64,000 nt of DNA from an uncultured Gammaproteobacteria bacterium (GTDB taxonomy: Bacteria; Pseudomonadota; Gammaproteobacteria; UBA9214). The position numbers were made by a program, and so were the translations under genes. Position 1 is the stretch's first letter, and each line of letters opens with the position of its first letter. Shown here piece after piece: positions 53,214 through 64,000 of this stretch. Location: positions 1 to 64,000 of the forward strand of contig CAWHCQ010000011.1 of the NCBI GenBank assembly GCA_963827755.1. Reading direction: 5' to 3'. The notes beneath the pieces are model-generated. The model was not told where the DNA came from and made no database searches. It saw only the letters and a program-made list of their open reading frames with translations.

Positions 53214-53444
53214 TATTTCACGGGCAGCAAGCTCAACCGGGCTTTAAAACCGGCGGCCAGCCCTGCCGAAATGGCGCCGGGCACACGACCAGGCAACGGA
53301 CGGCGCTAAAACAACAACTTATGCCTGAAGATCGCGTAATATTGGCCCTTTATCGGCAACCCGATGGAGAGGCCCGCGGATGATCCGCAGCCACCGCCCT
53401 GCAGGCCGGGATTGTCGCAGAACAGGCCTTGAATATCACTGTAG

Positions 53445-55010
53445 ATGACTGACAAGTTACTGAAAAACACAGCAATTGTTGGCGGGATGACGCTGTTGTC
53501 CCGGGTGCTGGGGCTGGCGCGGGACATGGTGCTGGCGCGCTTCTTCGGCGCCGATGCCCAGATGGATGCCTTTTTCGTGGCCTTCAAGATCCCGAATTTC
53601 CTGCGCCGGCTGTTTGCCGAGGGGGCCTTTTCACAGGCCTTTGTCCCGGTTCTCTCGGAATACAAGGCGCAGCAAAGCCGCGCGTCCGTTCAGGCACTTG
53701 TCAACCGGGTCGCGGGCACCCTGTTCGGCATCCTTTCCCTGATTACCGTCGTCGGGGTGCTCGCAAGTCCGCTACTGGTGGCCCTGTTTGCGCCGGGCTT
53801 TCTCTACCGGGATCCGGCCCAGTTCGAGCTGACGGCGCTGATGTTGCGCATGACCTTTCCCTACATCCTGTTTATCTCCCTGGTGGCCTTCATTGCCGGG
53901 ATCCTGAATACCTGGGGGCGCTTCGCGGCGGCCTCCTTTGTTCCCGTCTGGCTGAATGTCGTCCTGATCGGTGCCGCGGTGCTGGTTGCCCCGCAGCTCG
54001 CGCAGCCCGAACTGGCCCTGGCGGGGGGCGTATTTCTGGCCGGCCTGGTGCAGTTGCTGTTTTTACTGCCGTCGCTGAAGCGGGTCGGCCTGTTTCCGAG
54101 ACCTGAATGGAAGCCGGGTGATGCCGGTGTGCGGCGCATCATGAAACTCATGCTGCCGGGGATTATCGGTTCATCGGTTGCACAGATTAACCTGCTGTTC
54201 GATACCCTGATTGCATCGTTCCTGGTCGCCGGCAGCGTCAGCTGGCTGTATTACGCCGACCGCCTGGTTGAGTTTCCGCTGGGTGTATTCGCCATCGCAC
54301 TGTCCACCGTTATCCTGCCAAGCCTGTCGCGCAGTCATGCCACTGCCTCTGATGAAGAGTTTTCGCAGACGCTGGACTGGGGCCTGCGCTGGGTATTGCT
54401 GATCGGCATACCCTCGACCGTGGGCCTGTTCCTGATGGCCCGGCCGATGATCGCGACCCTGTTTCATTACGGTGATTTCTCCAGCGGTGATGTCGACATG
54501 GCCGGTTTGAGCCTGATGGCCTATGCCTTTGGATTGCCCGGTTTCATGCTGGTCAGGGTGCTGGCCCCGGCGTTTTACTCGCGCAAGGATACCCGGACAC
54601 CGGTGCGTATCGCCGTGATTGCGCTGATTACCAATATGACGCTGAACCTGGTATTTGTCGTACCGATGGTGCTGCTGGAGATCAGGGGTCCGCATGCCGG
54701 CCTGGCGCTGGCGACCTCGATTGCCGCCTGGGTCAATGCGAGCCTGCTGTTTGCCGTGCTCTACCGCAAGCAGATATACCGGCCACAGCCGGGCTGGCGC
54801 AGGCTGTTTCTGCAAATGGGGCTGGCCGCTGCGGCCCTGGGCGGGTTATTGCTGTTCGCCATGCAGCCCGTGCCGCAATGGCTGGACTGGACGGCCGGGT
54901 ACCGGGTTGCCGGCCTGCTCGGTTGGGTAGCCGCCGGTGCCGCTGTCTATTTTCTCAGTCTGTGGGTGCTGGGACTGCGCTTCAGGTCATTCTGGAAGAA
55001 GGCCGGGTAG
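53445..55010 (+). CDS. murJ: Lipid II flippase MurJ
   Basis: SRVLGLARD, DAFFVAFKIPNFLRRLFAEGAFSQAFVP, LYYADRLVEFPLG. Confidence 0.97.
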   Translation: MTDKLLKNTAIVGGMTLLSRVLGLARDMVLARFFGADAQMDAFFVAFKIPNFLRRLFAEGAFSQAFVPVLSEYKAQQSRASVQALVNRVAGTLFGILSLITVVGVLASPLLVALFAPGFLYRDPAQFELTALMLRMTFPYILFISLVAFIAGILNTWGRFAAASFVPVWLNVVLIGAAVLVAPQLAQPELALAGGVFLAGLVQLLFLLPSLKRVGLFPRPEWKPGDAGVRRIMKLMLPGIIGSSVAQINLLFDTLIASFLVAGSVSWLYYADRLVEFPLGVFAIALSTVILPSLSRSHATASDEEFSQTLDWGLRWVLLIGIPSTVGLFLMARPMIATLFHYGDFSSGDVDMAGLSLMAYAFGLPGFMLVRVLAPAFYSRKDTRTPVRIAVIALITNMTLNLVFVVPMVLLEIRGPHAGLALATSIAAWVNASLLFAVLYRKQIYRPQPGWRRLFLQMGLAAAALGGLLLFAMQPVPQWLDWTAGYRVAGLLGWVAAGAAVYFLSLWVLGLRFRSFWKKAG

Positions 55011-55057
55011 CCCGTGCCTGTTACTTTCATGCACGTTTTCCAGGGGTGATGCCGGGT

Positions 55058-55984
55058 ATGGAACTGGTTCGCGGGTTACATAATTTACGCCCTGCCCACC
55101 GCGGCTCTGCTGTCACGATCGGCAGTTTTGACGGCGTACATCGGGGTCACCAGGCCGTACTCGGGCAACTGGCGGAACAGGCGGCAGAACGGGGCCTGCC
55201 GGTGACGCTGGTCACCTTTGAACCCCACCCGCGTGAATATTTCCAGCCGCAGGACGCGCCCCCGCGGCTGACCCGTTTACGGGAAAAGCTGGACGCCTTG
55301 CGCTATTACAAAGTGCAGCGGGTGCTGGTTTTACCTTTCAACGGCTACCTGGCCGGGTTAACAGCAGATGAGTTTATCCAGATCATCCTGCTGGACGGTC
55401 TGGGCGTCAAACACCTGGTGGTCGGTGACGATTTTCGCTTTGGCAAGGGCCGGGCCGGAGACTTTGACCTGCTGCAGCAAACCGGGGCCCGTCACGGTTT
55501 CCCGGTAGCCACGATGGACAGTTATAACGTCGGCGGGCAGCGTGTCAGCAGTACCCGTATCAGGGAGGCCCTGCAATCGGGAGATTTTGCCACGGCCGGG
55601 TTGCTCCTCGGGCGACCCTATGGAATGAGCGGCCGCGTTGCCCACGGCGACAAGCGTGGCCGAACCATCGGGTTCCCAACCGCCAATATCCACCTGCATC
55701 GGCCGGTATCCCCGGTGGATGGTGTGTTTGCCGTGAAAATGTCCGGTCTTAACGACGAACCGGTAGCGGGAGTCGCCAATGTCGGCAATCGTCCAACGGT
55801 TGATGGCCGTCGTTCGTTACTGGAAGTTCACCTGTTCGATTTTGACCGGGATATCTATGGAGCGCATGTGCATGTCAGCTTTCTGAAAAAACTGCGCAAG
55901 GAGCAGCGCTTCGACTCGTTCGATGCGTTGCAGCGGCAAATCATGCTGGACGCGGCGAATGCGCGGGCATTTTTCAGCGCTTGA
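55058..55984 (+). CDS. ribF: Riboflavin kinase/FAD synthetase
   Basis: TIGSFDGVHRGH, TFEPHP, VGDDFRFG, SSTRIR, RGRTIGFPTAN, LEVHLFDF. Confidence 0.97.
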   Translation: MELVRGLHNLRPAHRGSAVTIGSFDGVHRGHQAVLGQLAEQAAERGLPVTLVTFEPHPREYFQPQDAPPRLTRLREKLDALRYYKVQRVLVLPFNGYLAGLTADEFIQIILLDGLGVKHLVVGDDFRFGKGRAGDFDLLQQTGARHGFPVATMDSYNVGGQRVSSTRIREALQSGDFATAGLLLGRPYGMSGRVAHGDKRGRTIGFPTANIHLHRPVSPVDGVFAVKMSGLNDEPVAGVANVGNRPTVDGRRSLLEVHLFDFDRDIYGAHVHVSFLKKLRKEQRFDSFDALQRQIMLDAANARAFFSA

Positions 55985-56092
55985 TACCCGTGCCCCTGTC
56001 CGCGTGCTGCGGGGTCGTGCAAGTTCCCGTAAAATCTGTCAATCATTCGCCTAATAGGTTATAACTCTGCGCTCGCTGCGGTGACTCGATCC

Positions 56093-58936
56093 ATGACTGA
56101 CTATAAAAATACCCTGAATCTTCCCAAAACGGCCTTTCCGATGAAGGGCAACCTGCCGAATCGCGAGCCGGAAATCCTCAAGCGCTGGGAAGAGTCCGAT
56201 CTCTATGGACAGCTCCGCAAGGTGTGCGCCGGCCGTCCACGCTTTGTTCTGCACGACGGCCCGCCCTATGCCAATGGCGATATCCATATCGGCCACGCGG
56301 TCAACAAGGTGTTGAAAGACATCATCGTCAAGAGCAAGACCCTGGGTGGCTTCGACGCCCCCTACGTGCCTGGCTGGGATTGCCACGGGCTGCCGATCGA
56401 ACTGAATGTCGAGAAAAAGGTCGGCAAGGCCGGGGTGAAGGTCGATGCACCGGCGTTCAGAAAGGCGTGCCGCGACTATGCCGGCAAGCAGGTCAACGGC
56501 CAGCGCAAGGATTTCATTCGACTCGGTGTGCTGGGTGACTGGGCTAATCCCTATCTCACCATGGATTACCGCTACGAGGCGGATATTATCCGTGCCCTCG
56601 GCAGGATCATCGAGAACGGTCACCTGCACAAGGGATCCAAACCGGTGCACTGGTGTACCGACTGCGGCTCTGCGCTGGCAGAGGCCGAGGTCGAGTATGA
56701 GGACAAGAAATCACAGGCGATCGATGTGCGCTTTCGGGTGGTGGACGAGGCCGGGCTGCTGTCGCGCTGTCACCCGCATGAACATACCGGTGAAGGCCCG
56801 TTGTCGGTGGTTATCTGGACAACCACGCCGTGGACCCTGCCGGCCAACCGCGCGGTGGCGCTGAACCCTGAACTGGATTATGTGGTGGTGCAATGCGACA
56901 CCGGTAATGGCAATGAACGCCTGCTGCTTGCCGAGGCGCTGCTGACGGCTGTCATGCATCGCTATGCAGTCGAGCAATACCAGGTGGTCGCGTCCTGCAA
57001 GGGTTCTGAACTGGAAGGATTGTTGCTGGTGCATCCATTTTATGCACGCGAGGTCCCGCTCATCCTCGGTGACCATGTGACCCTCGAGGCAGGTACCGGT
57101 GCCGTGCATACGGCCCCCGGTCACGGACAGGACGACTACGTCGTTGGTATGCGCTACGGGCTCGAGGTCGATAACCCGGTGGGCAGCAATGGTTGTTTCC
57201 TGCCGGATACCGGGTTTTTTGCAGGCCAACACGTGTTTGCCGCCAACGACCTGGTGATCGACAAACTGAAAGAAAAGGGCGCGTTGCTGCATGTCGAAAA
57301 ACTGCGTCACAGTTATCCGCATTGCTGGCGCCACAAGACCCCGATTATCTTCCGTGCAACGCCGCAATGGTTTATCAGCATGCAGCAGGGTGGCCTGCGC
57401 ACTGCTGCGCTTGCCGCTATAAAAGATGTGGACTGGATGCCGAACTGGGGTGAAGCGCGCATCAAGGGCATGGTCGAGGGTCGCCCGGACTGGTGTATCT
57501 CGCGCCAGCGCACCTGGGGTGTGCCGATCACCCTGTTTATTGACAGGCAAACAGGTGAACTGCACCCGGACAGCGTGAAGCTGGTCGGGGAAGTGGCGCA
57601 GAGGGTCGAGGCGGCAGGCATCGATGCCTGGTTCGAGCTTGAACCGGCTGAACTGCTCGGGGATGAAGCCGGGCGCTATGAGAAAGTCACCGACACCCTC
57701 GATGTCTGGTTTGATTCCGGTGTCAGCCATTTCGCGGTACTGCAGGGCAAGACGGGGACGGGTGTCCCGGCCGATCTTTATCTTGAAGGCTCCGACCAGC
57801 ACCGCGGCTGGTTCCAGTCATCCCTGCTGACCGCCATCGGCATGTATGGCAATGCACCGTACAGGGCTGTGCTGACACACGGGTTCACCGTCGACTCGAA
57901 GGGGCAGAAGATGTCCAAGTCGCGCGGTAATGTCATTGCCCCGCAAAAGGTTGTCAATGCACTCGGCGCGGATATCCTGCGACTCTGGGTGGCCGCCACC
58001 GATTACAGCGTCGAGATGAACGTCTCGGATGAAATCCTCAAGCGCACGGCAGATGCCTACCGGCGCCTGCGCAACACCTCGCGATTCCTGCTGGCCAACC
58101 TGGATGGTTTCGATCCCTCGAAGCACCAGCTGGATCCGGAGCATATGCTCTGCCTGGACCGCTGGGCAGTGGAGCGCACCCGACAGTTGCAGGAACATGT
58201 CCTGCAGGCGTACGAGTGTTACGAGTTTCACAGGATTTATCAGCTGGTACATAATTTCTGCGCGGTGGATATGGGCAGTTTTTACCTTGATATCATCAAG
58301 GACCGCCAGTACACCACGCAGCAGGACAGTATTCCGCGACGCTCGGCGCAGACGGCGATGTACCATGTGATCGAATCGCTGGTGCGCTGGCTGGCGCCGA
58401 TCCTGAGCTTTACGGCCGAGGAAATATGGCAGCACATCCCCGGGCAGCGGGAAGATTCCGTGCTGCTGTCCGGCTGGTATGAACTGCCGCCGGCCTATTT
58501 TTCGGAAAGCGAGATTCTCCAGGAAATGGGCAGGGATTTCTGGGAACGGATCATTCTCGTGCGCGAGGCGGTCAGCAAGGAACTGGAGAAGCTCAGGATT
58601 GACGGTCGGATCGGCTCCTCGCTGGACGCGGAGGTGGATTTGTATGCCGACGAGGAGACGCAGTGCCTGCTGAAAGCCATTGGTGACGAGCTGCGTTTTG
58701 TACTGATCACTTCCTCTGCACGGCTGCATGAATATGCTGCACGGCCGAATGACGCCGTGGCGGCTGATGTGCCGGGCATGTCATTCGCCATCAAGGTGTC
58801 GCCTTCCGTGCATGCCAAGTGTATTCGCTGCTGGCATCACCGCGAGGAGGTCGGCACGAATGTCGCGCACCCGCAAATTTGCGGGCGTTGTGTCGAGAAT
58901 GTCGATGGTCCCGGCGAACGGCGTCGCTATGCCTGA
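56093..58936 (+). CDS. ileS: Isoleucyl-tRNA synthetase
   Basis: [48 protein letters not shown]-terminal Zn finger. Confidence 0.98.
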   Translation: MTDYKNTLNLPKTAFPMKGNLPNREPEILKRWEESDLYGQLRKVCAGRPRFVLHDGPPYANGDIHIGHAVNKVLKDIIVKSKTLGGFDAPYVPGWDCHGLPIELNVEKKVGKAGVKVDAPAFRKACRDYAGKQVNGQRKDFIRLGVLGDWANPYLTMDYRYEADIIRALGRIIENGHLHKGSKPVHWCTDCGSALAEAEVEYEDKKSQAIDVRFRVVDEAGLLSRCHPHEHTGEGPLSVVIWTTTPWTLPANRAVALNPELDYVVVQCDTGNGNERLLLAEALLTAVMHRYAVEQYQVVASCKGSELEGLLLVHPFYAREVPLILGDHVTLEAGTGAVHTAPGHGQDDYVVGMRYGLEVDNPVGSNGCFLPDTGFFAGQHVFAANDLVIDKLKEKGALLHVEKLRHSYPHCWRHKTPIIFRATPQWFISMQQGGLRTAALAAIKDVDWMPNWGEARIKGMVEGRPDWCISRQRTWGVPITLFIDRQTGELHPDSVKLVGEVAQRVEAAGIDAWFELEPAELLGDEAGRYEKVTDTLDVWFDSGVSHFAVLQGKTGTGVPADLYLEGSDQHRGWFQSSLLTAIGMYGNAPYRAVLTHGFTVDSKGQKMSKSRGNVIAPQKVVNALGADILRLWVAATDYSVEMNVSDEILKRTADAYRRLRNTSRFLLANLDGFDPSKHQLDPEHMLCLDRWAVERTRQLQEHVLQAYECYEFHRIYQLVHNFCAVDMGSFYLDIIKDRQYTTQQDSIPRRSAQTAMYHVIESLVRWLAPILSFTAEEIWQHIPGQREDSVLLSGWYELPPAYFSESEILQEMGRDFWERIILVREAVSKELEKLRIDGRIGSSLDAEVDLYADEETQCLLKAIGDELRFVLITSSARLHEYAARPNDAVAADVPGMSFAIKVSPSVHAKCIRCWHHREEVGTNVAHPQICGRCVENVDGPGERRRYA

Positions 58937-58960
58937 GCAGTGCTGCGGGAGTCTGCCGGC

Positions 58961-59434
58961 ATGAGGTGGCTCTGGGTGTCACTGGCCGTGCTGGTGCTGG
59001 ACCAGTACAGCAAGGTGCTGGTGGACTCTGCACTTGTACTGTATGAGTCGATCGAGCTGCTTCCTTCACTTGCACTGCGCAAGATTTACAACAGCGGGGC
59101 CGCATTCAGTTTTCTCAGCGATGCCTCCGGCTGGCAGCGCTGGTTTTTTATAGGACTGGCAGTAACGGTCGTTGTCGTACTGACTGTCTGGCTGTCGCGC
59201 CTGCCGCGAAACCAGGTACGCATGGCACTGGCCCTGTCGCTGATCCTTGGCGGCGCCGCCGGCAACCTGGTTGACCGCGTATTTTACGGCCATGTTATCG
59301 ATTTCATCGACGTCTATTACGCCAGCTGGCACTGGCCGACATTCAATATTGCCGACTCCGCCATTTCAATCGGTGCCGTGCTGTTGTTGCTGGATGCGTT
59401 TAGCACGCATAAAAAAGACCGGTCTGCGGAATAA
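58961..59434 (+). CDS. lspA: Lipoprotein signal peptidase
   Basis: [38 protein letters not shown]. Confidence 0.96.
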   Translation: MRWLWVSLAVLVLDQYSKVLVDSALVLYESIELLPSLALRKIYNSGAAFSFLSDASGWQRWFFIGLAVTVVVVLTVWLSRLPRNQVRMALALSLILGGAAGNLVDRVFYGHVIDFIDVYYASWHWPTFNIADSAISIGAVLLLLDAFSTHKKDRSAE

Positions 59435-59497
59435 AGGCGCCCTGACGGGTACGCTGCGCTTAACCCGTCCTGGATTGAGCAGGAGCAGACAGCGAGT

Positions 59498-59968
59498 ATG
59501 AAATTCCCCATCGAAATTGCCAGCACCGTCACCCTGCATCTCTCCCTGACGCTGGAAGATGGCACGGTAGCCGAGAGCACCTTCGGCGCTGAACCGCTGT
59601 GCTTCACCATGGGCGATGGAACCCTGGTGCGCGGGCTGGAACTGGGTCTCTATGGTCTCAGGCCCGGTGATGTGCAGCGGCTGGAACTGTATCCGCAGCA
59701 GGCCTTTGGTTTGCGTGACCCGGCCAATATACATTTCATCCCGCGTGCAGACTTCGATCCCGCTATCGCACTGGCGCCGGGTGTGATCGTCGGCTTTGAG
59801 ACGGCCGATGGTGACGAGCTGGCCGGAGCCATCCTGTCCCTCGATGCGGAGTCGGTCGAGGTCGATTTTAATCACCCGCTGGCCGGTCATACCATCATCT
59901 TCGATGTGGAAATTATTGATGTCGTGCCGGCGGAAGCCCCGGCAGATGATTTACCCGATGTACCGTAG
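59498..59968 (+). CDS. fkpB: FKBP-type peptidyl-prolyl isomerase (FkpB/SlpA)
   Basis: L.DGTVAEST, F.MGDG.L, AFG, VDFNHPLAG; position between lspA and ispH. Confidence 0.9.
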   Translation: MKFPIEIASTVTLHLSLTLEDGTVAESTFGAEPLCFTMGDGTLVRGLELGLYGLRPGDVQRLELYPQQAFGLRDPANIHFIPRADFDPAIALAPGVIVGFETADGDELAGAILSLDAESVEVDFNHPLAGHTIIFDVEIIDVVPAEAPADDLPDVP

Positions 59969-60050
59969 TGAAGGAATTTTCACCTGAATTCAATTACAGT
60001 CAGCGGGTGTTTATAATAAAGTCCGCATCAAGGTAGTACACTACAAGTCT

Positions 60051-60986
60051 ATGCAAATCCTGCTTGCCAATCCCCGCGGTTTCTGCGCCGGTGTCGATCG
60101 CGCCATCGAGATCGTCGAGCGTGCGCTGGAACTGTTCGGTGCACCGATCTATGTGCGTCACGAGGTGGTGCACAACCGCCACGTGGTTGAAGGCCTGCGT
60201 GCCCGCGGTACCATATTCGTTCATGAACTCGATGAAGTGCCGGACGGCGCGACGGTTATTTTCAGCGCCCACGGCGTTGCCCGTGCAGTCCATGAAGAAG
60301 GCGAGCGGCGCGGCTTGCGGGTGTTCGATGCAACCTGTCCACTGGTTACCAAGGTCCACCTGGAGGTCAGGCGTCACGCGGACGCCGGGCGGGAGTGCAT
60401 CCTCATCGGCCACAAGGGACACCCCGAGGTAGAAGGCACGCTCGGCCAATACGATACGACGAACGGTGGCGCCATCATGCTGGTGGAAACCCCGGATGAT
60501 GTCGTCATGCTGGCAGTCAACAATCCTGATGAGCTGGCATACGTGACCCAAACGACCCTGTCGGTGGATGATACCGCGCGGGTGATCGACTCGTTGAAAT
60601 CGCGTTTCCCGGGCATCCGCGGGCCGCGCCAGGATGATATCTGTTATGCCACCCAGAACCGCCAGGATGCCGTTAAAACGCTGGCGCAGAAGTGTGATGT
60701 CATCCTGGTGGTCGGCTCGCCAAACAGCTCCAACTCAAACCGCCTGCGCGAGCTGGCCGAATATCAGGATGTACCGGCATACCTGGTGGAAGAGGCCGAT
60801 CAAATACAACAGCAATGGCTTGAGGGCAGAGACAATGTCGGTGTCACAGCCGGGGCCTCTGCGCCGGAAGACGTCGTCAACGGGGTGGTTGAGCAACTCA
60901 TTGCCTGGGGCGGCATGTTGGGAGAGGAAGCGCGGGGTCGGAAAGAGCCGGTAACCTTTTCATTGCCACGTGCCTTGCAACGCTGA
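60051..60986 (+). CDS. ispH: 4-hydroxy-3-methylbut-2-enyl diphosphate reductase
   Basis: [60 protein letters not shown]. Confidence 0.98.
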   Translation: MQILLANPRGFCAGVDRAIEIVERALELFGAPIYVRHEVVHNRHVVEGLRARGTIFVHELDEVPDGATVIFSAHGVARAVHEEGERRGLRVFDATCPLVTKVHLEVRRHADAGRECILIGHKGHPEVEGTLGQYDTTNGGAIMLVETPDDVVMLAVNNPDELAYVTQTTLSVDDTARVIDSLKSRFPGIRGPRQDDICYATQNRQDAVKTLAQKCDVILVVGSPNSSNSNRLRELAEYQDVPAYLVEEADQIQQQWLEGRDNVGVTAGASAPEDVVNGVVEQLIAWGGMLGEEARGRKEPVTFSLPRALQR

Positions 60987-61130
60987 TCTGCCGCTAGCGA
61001 AAAAAGCAGCACCCTGCAGAACCGCAAAGCTGTCCGCTCATCCATGCCATTCACTGCAGGACATACGGCTGTTGTTTTTCAGCAGGCTTGATGGCGAATC
61101 AATCAACCAGCGGGATGTATCTCCAAAAGC

Positions 61131-62279
61131 ATGATGTCGAAAACCATGAATGCTGACTGCCTGGTCGTCGGGGGCGGGTTACTCGGGCTGCTGAGCGCAC
61201 GGGCGCTGCGCCGGGAGGGCATCTCGGTCACGCTGCTGGAACGCGGCAGCATTTTCCGCGAGTCCTCCTGGGCCGGTGGCGGTATCCTCTCGCCATTGAT
61301 GCCCTGGCAGTATTCCAATGCCGTGTCTGAACTGGTTGCCTGGAGTCAACGGTACTATCCGCAGCTGGCTGAGGAATTGCAGCAGGAGACCGGCATCGAT
61401 GTTGAATGGACGCCGAGTGGGTTGTTGATGGCGGGGATTGAACCGGACCCGGACAACCGTGCGTGGGCAAAACGCTTTGACGCGCGCCTGCAGGTGCTGG
61501 ATGCAAGCCAGGTACTTGAGCAGGAGCCAGCCCTGGGCGCGAATACCGGGCCGGCACTATTGCTGCCGGATGTGGCGCAGATACGTAATCCGCGACTCGG
61601 CAAGGCACTGGAAAAGGCCGCCCGCCTGCAGGGTATTCGGTTGCTGGAACATACCCCGGTCATCGGAATCGAGGTCGATAAGGGTCGAGTGCAGGGTGTG
61701 CAGACAAAGCAGGGGCTGTATACCGCCGCGCGGGTGGTGATCGCGGGCGGCGCCTGGAGCGCAGGGATACTCGCGTCGACAGGCATGCAGCTGGCGGTCA
61801 CCCCGGTACGCGGTCAAATGCTGCTCTACCAGGCGCAGCCCGGTACGCTGCGGCACATACTCTTGCATGATGGCCATTACCTGATTCCCCGGCGTGATGG
61901 CCTGGTGCTGGCCGGGAGCACGCTGGAATACACCGGTTTTGATAAAGAAATTACCGCGCAGGCGCGCGATCTCGTCTCGCGGCGTGCGCTTGACCTGGTA
62001 CCGGCGCTGGCAAATGCCGACATTATCAGGCAGTGGGCAGGCCTGCGCCCGGGGACGGCTGACGGAATCCCGTTTATCGGCGAGTGCCCCGGGATCAGGG
62101 GCCTGTACCTGAATACCGGGCATTTTCGCAATGGCGTGGTGATGGCGCCGGCATCTGTGCAGGTATTACTGGATTGCATGCTCGGGCGGGCGGGATTTGC
62201 TGATTACAGCCCCTATTTGCCAGGGGTCAGGCGGCAATCGGGTGATGCTGTAGTTGCCCAAAATGGCATGGACGCCTGA
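61131..62279 (+). CDS. thiO: Glycine oxidase ThiO / FAD-dependent oxidoreductase
   Basis: VVGGGLLG, ESSWAGGGILSP, VRGQM, YLIPRRDG, WAGLRP, GHFRNG. Confidence 0.88.
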   Translation: MMSKTMNADCLVVGGGLLGLLSARALRREGISVTLLERGSIFRESSWAGGGILSPLMPWQYSNAVSELVAWSQRYYPQLAEELQQETGIDVEWTPSGLLMAGIEPDPDNRAWAKRFDARLQVLDASQVLEQEPALGANTGPALLLPDVAQIRNPRLGKALEKAARLQGIRLLEHTPVIGIEVDKGRVQGVQTKQGLYTAARVVIAGGAWSAGILASTGMQLAVTPVRGQMLLYQAQPGTLRHILLHDGHYLIPRRDGLVLAGSTLEYTGFDKEITAQARDLVSRRALDLVPALANADIIRQWAGLRPGTADGIPFIGECPGIRGLYLNTGHFRNGVVMAPASVQVLLDCMLGRAGFADYSPYLPGVRRQSGDAVVAQNGMDA

Positions 62280-62304
62280 TATTCGCCGGTACTATAATCG
62301 GAGT

Positions 62305-62745
62305 ATGGAAGAACAGGCTGAAAATCCCGTGCTGAGTACCCAGGATATTGCCGGGATGCTCAAGGCGAACGGTGTGTTGCCGACCCAGCAACGCCTGCTG
62401 ATTGCCAGGGTGTTGTTCGAGCGGCCGCGGCACCTGTCGGCTGACCAGGTGATGAACGAGGTGAACGCCGGCAGGGACCATGTCTCCAAGGCCACGGTAT
62501 ACAACACGCTTGGTTTGTTCGCCAGCAAGGGCCTGGTTCGCGAGGTGATCGTCGACCCGACCCGCGTCTTTTACGATCCCAATACAAGCGACCATCATCA
62601 TTTCTACAATGTCGATACCGGCGAATTGCGCGATATCGACGTCGAGGATGTTCACGTCAGTCAACTGCCCGAACTGCCGGCCGGGACCGTTACCGAGGGT
62701 GTCGATGTCATCATCCGTGTACGCGGTGAAAGTCCGGCCAGCTGA
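62305..62745 (+). CDS. Fur-family regulator, Irr-like
   Basis: PTQQRL.IA, HLSAD, VSKATVYNTL.LF...GLVRE, YDPN...HHHFY..DTGEL.DI; no C-terminal CxxC. Confidence 0.85.
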   Translation: MEEQAENPVLSTQDIAGMLKANGVLPTQQRLLIARVLFERPRHLSADQVMNEVNAGRDHVSKATVYNTLGLFASKGLVREVIVDPTRVFYDPNTSDHHHFYNVDTGELRDIDVEDVHVSQLPELPAGTVTEGVDVIIRVRGESPAS

Positions 62746-62796
62746 ACAAGCGTAGTAAAGTTTTACGCCCCGTCTTATACTTTGCCCCCTGAAAAA

Positions 62797-62872
62797 GCCG
62801 GAGTAGCTCAGTCGGTAGAGCAGCTCACTCGTAATGAGAAGGTCGGGGGTTCAATTCCTCTCTCCGGCACCA
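62797..62872 (+). tRNA. tRNA-Thr (CGT)
   Basis: gccggagtagctcagtcggtagagcagctca-ctCGTaa-tgagaaggtcgggggttcaattcctctctccggcacca; 76 nt with CCA. Confidence 0.95.
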
Positions 62873-62983
62873 TTTAGCCAATAAGACACATCACAGCCAT
62901 TGCGCTGCACTCAGCTGTTATCCGCAAACTGATTCCGGCCCTTTTATACGCTGTTCCTTTTTACAGACTGATACCGTCTGTGT

Positions 62984-63709
62984 TTACCGGTCAATGCGGT
63001 AAACCATGCCGAAGCGGATTTGTTCATCCAGCTGCATGGATTCCGGTGGCGGCGGCAGGGCCAGGGCCAGCTGTACCGCCTGCTTGGCCGCTTTGCGCAG
63101 GACCTTGCTGCCGCCCTTGACCTGCAGGCCACTGATGCCGCCGTCCCTGTGCAGGTAGAAGGCAACCTGTATTTCGCCCTCTACACCGCGTTGCCTGGCG
63201 CTGCGCGGGTAAAACTTGTGACTGTCGATATGTGCCAGCAGCCGCGGCATATAGGATTCGCGTTCGTCCTCCAGCGCCAGCGGTGCCGGTGCCGGCTCGA
63301 CGATCGGCGCCCTGGCGGTTCTCAGTGCCGTGTGCGCTTCGCTGCGTGCCGCGGTTTTCGGCACCTCGGCAACTGCCGGGAGTGGTTCGATCTGCGGTTG
63401 CGGCACCGTGGCCTGTTTGACCTCCGGTTCGGGCGCCGGTTTGCGCAGCGGCAACGGCTCCGGTTCGACCCTGGTTTCAGCGGTTGGTGATGGTGTTGGT
63501 ACGGGTGTGGCTCGCGGTGCCGGTGCCGGTTCGGGTTCCGCAGTGGCAGGCAGGGCTGGCGCCAGGCTGATCTGGATGACGCGGGCGTCAGACTGCGACG
63601 GGTCTGTTTGCAGGGAGCCGTAATGCTCGAGATAAGCGCTAGCTGCTGCGTGCACGGCGATGGAGATCAGTGCGGCAATGAACAAGCCGCTGCGTTCACG
63701 GTGGTACAT
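62984..63709 (-). CDS. tonB: Energy transducer TonB
   Basis: TM with SIAVH (SxxxH), Pro-rich spacer, YPRSARQRGVEG.I.V.F, C-terminal TonB domain. Confidence 0.85.
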   Translation of the reverse strand: MYHRERSGLFIAALISIAVHAAASAYLEHYGSLQTDPSQSDARVIQISLAPALPATAEPEPAPAPRATPVPTPSPTAETRVEPEPLPLRKPAPEPEVKQATVPQPQIEPLPAVAEVPKTAARSEAHTALRTARAPIVEPAPAPLALEDERESYMPRLLAHIDSHKFYPRSARQRGVEGEIQVAFYLHRDGGISGLQVKGGSKVLRKAAKQAVQLALALPPPPESMQLDEQIRFGMVYRIDR

Positions 63710-63755
63710 GGGTGAGCCGGCGTCCTGAATGAAGCCCCTTGTGGAGACGATGCTT

Positions 63756-64000
63756 CTAGAAGGTTGCACTCAGGCGCAGCCAGTATTCGCGCCCAGGCTC
63801 ATTGACCTGCACGGCATCCGGATTGAATGGATCGACATTGGCCTTGTTGACGTGGTAGGCATAAGCGCGATCAAAGACATTGTTGACGCCGGCGGCCAGT
63901 GAAAAATGTTCTGCACCTTCATAGCGGCTGAACAGATCGAGCGTGGCCCAGCCGGGTGTCTTGCCGGCATCCTGGCCGCTGTCCGTGGCGGGGTCGTCCT
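63756..64000 (-). CDS. TonB-dependent receptor, C-terminal fragment (OprC/NosA-like); continues beyond the window
   Basis: Manual translation: ...GQDAGKTPGWATLDLFSRY...LAAGVNNVFDRAYAYHVNKA...VNEPGREYWLRLSATF*, with the terminal Phe of an outer-membrane barrel. Confidence 0.85.
   Translation of the reverse strand, partial: DDPATDSGQDAGKTPGWATLDLFSRYEGAEHFSLAAGVNNVFDRAYAYHVNKANVDPFNPDAVQVNEPGREYWLRLSATF

Noticed and set aside
56711-58729. Long minus-strand ORFs (363 and 303 aa) within ileS
   Set aside because: Antisense shadows of a conserved essential gene.
60987-61130. Possible TPP or c-di-GMP riboswitch upstream of thiO
   Set aside because: No CUGAGA/ACCUGA TPP core and no GEMM GAAA-tetraloop/receptor architecture; only a short cctgcag/ctgcagg complement.
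63280-63560. Repetitive ccggt/ggttc-rich DNA
   Set aside because: Explained by the Pro-rich spacer of TonB.
63770-63970. 66-aa ORF listed in the track
   Set aside because: Wrong frame; the real coding frame is the TonB-dependent receptor C-terminus ending at 63756.

Overview
Mostly core chromosome of a gammaproteobacterium. The gene set (SoxW-like thioredoxin, rsd, rplU-rpmA-obgE-proB, rpsT/murJ-ribF-ileS-lspA-fkpB-ispH) suggests a marine, possibly sulfur-oxidizing lineage; this is an inference. From left to right the window holds: the 3' part of a giant Ig/cadherin/VCBS-repeat surface protein followed by a hybrid histidine kinase and a REC-GGDEF-EAL regulator; a secreted metzincin-like protein whose HExxH motif reads HAAGH; nadA and queD; a type IV minor-pilin cluster (fimT-pilV-pilW-pilX-orf-pilY1-pilE); fabA-fabB and yajQ; housekeeping enzymes; two degenerate c-di-GMP proteins; a two-gene iscR-like/iscU unit with an IscR type-1-like box but a regulator lacking the Fe-S ligands; rsd and mazG; an Mla/MCE lipid-transport cassette headed by a complete partner-switching module (GAF-PP2C-kinase fusion plus phosphorylatable STAS) directly behind ispB-tRNA-Pro; the translation/isoprenoid cluster; thiO; an Irr-like Fur protein; tRNA-Thr; tonB; and the end of a TonB-dependent receptor. 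Many single-base insertions break genes, most densely in the first 4.3 kb, and they look like long-read errors rather than biology. No CRISPR array, integrase or transposase was seen. The best candidates for an undescribed system are the partner-switching/Mla cassette, the cluster-less IscR/IscU unit, and the giant adhesin with its C-terminal membrane motif coupled to a c-di-GMP phosphorelay. All calls rest on motif recognition by eye; no database searches were run.
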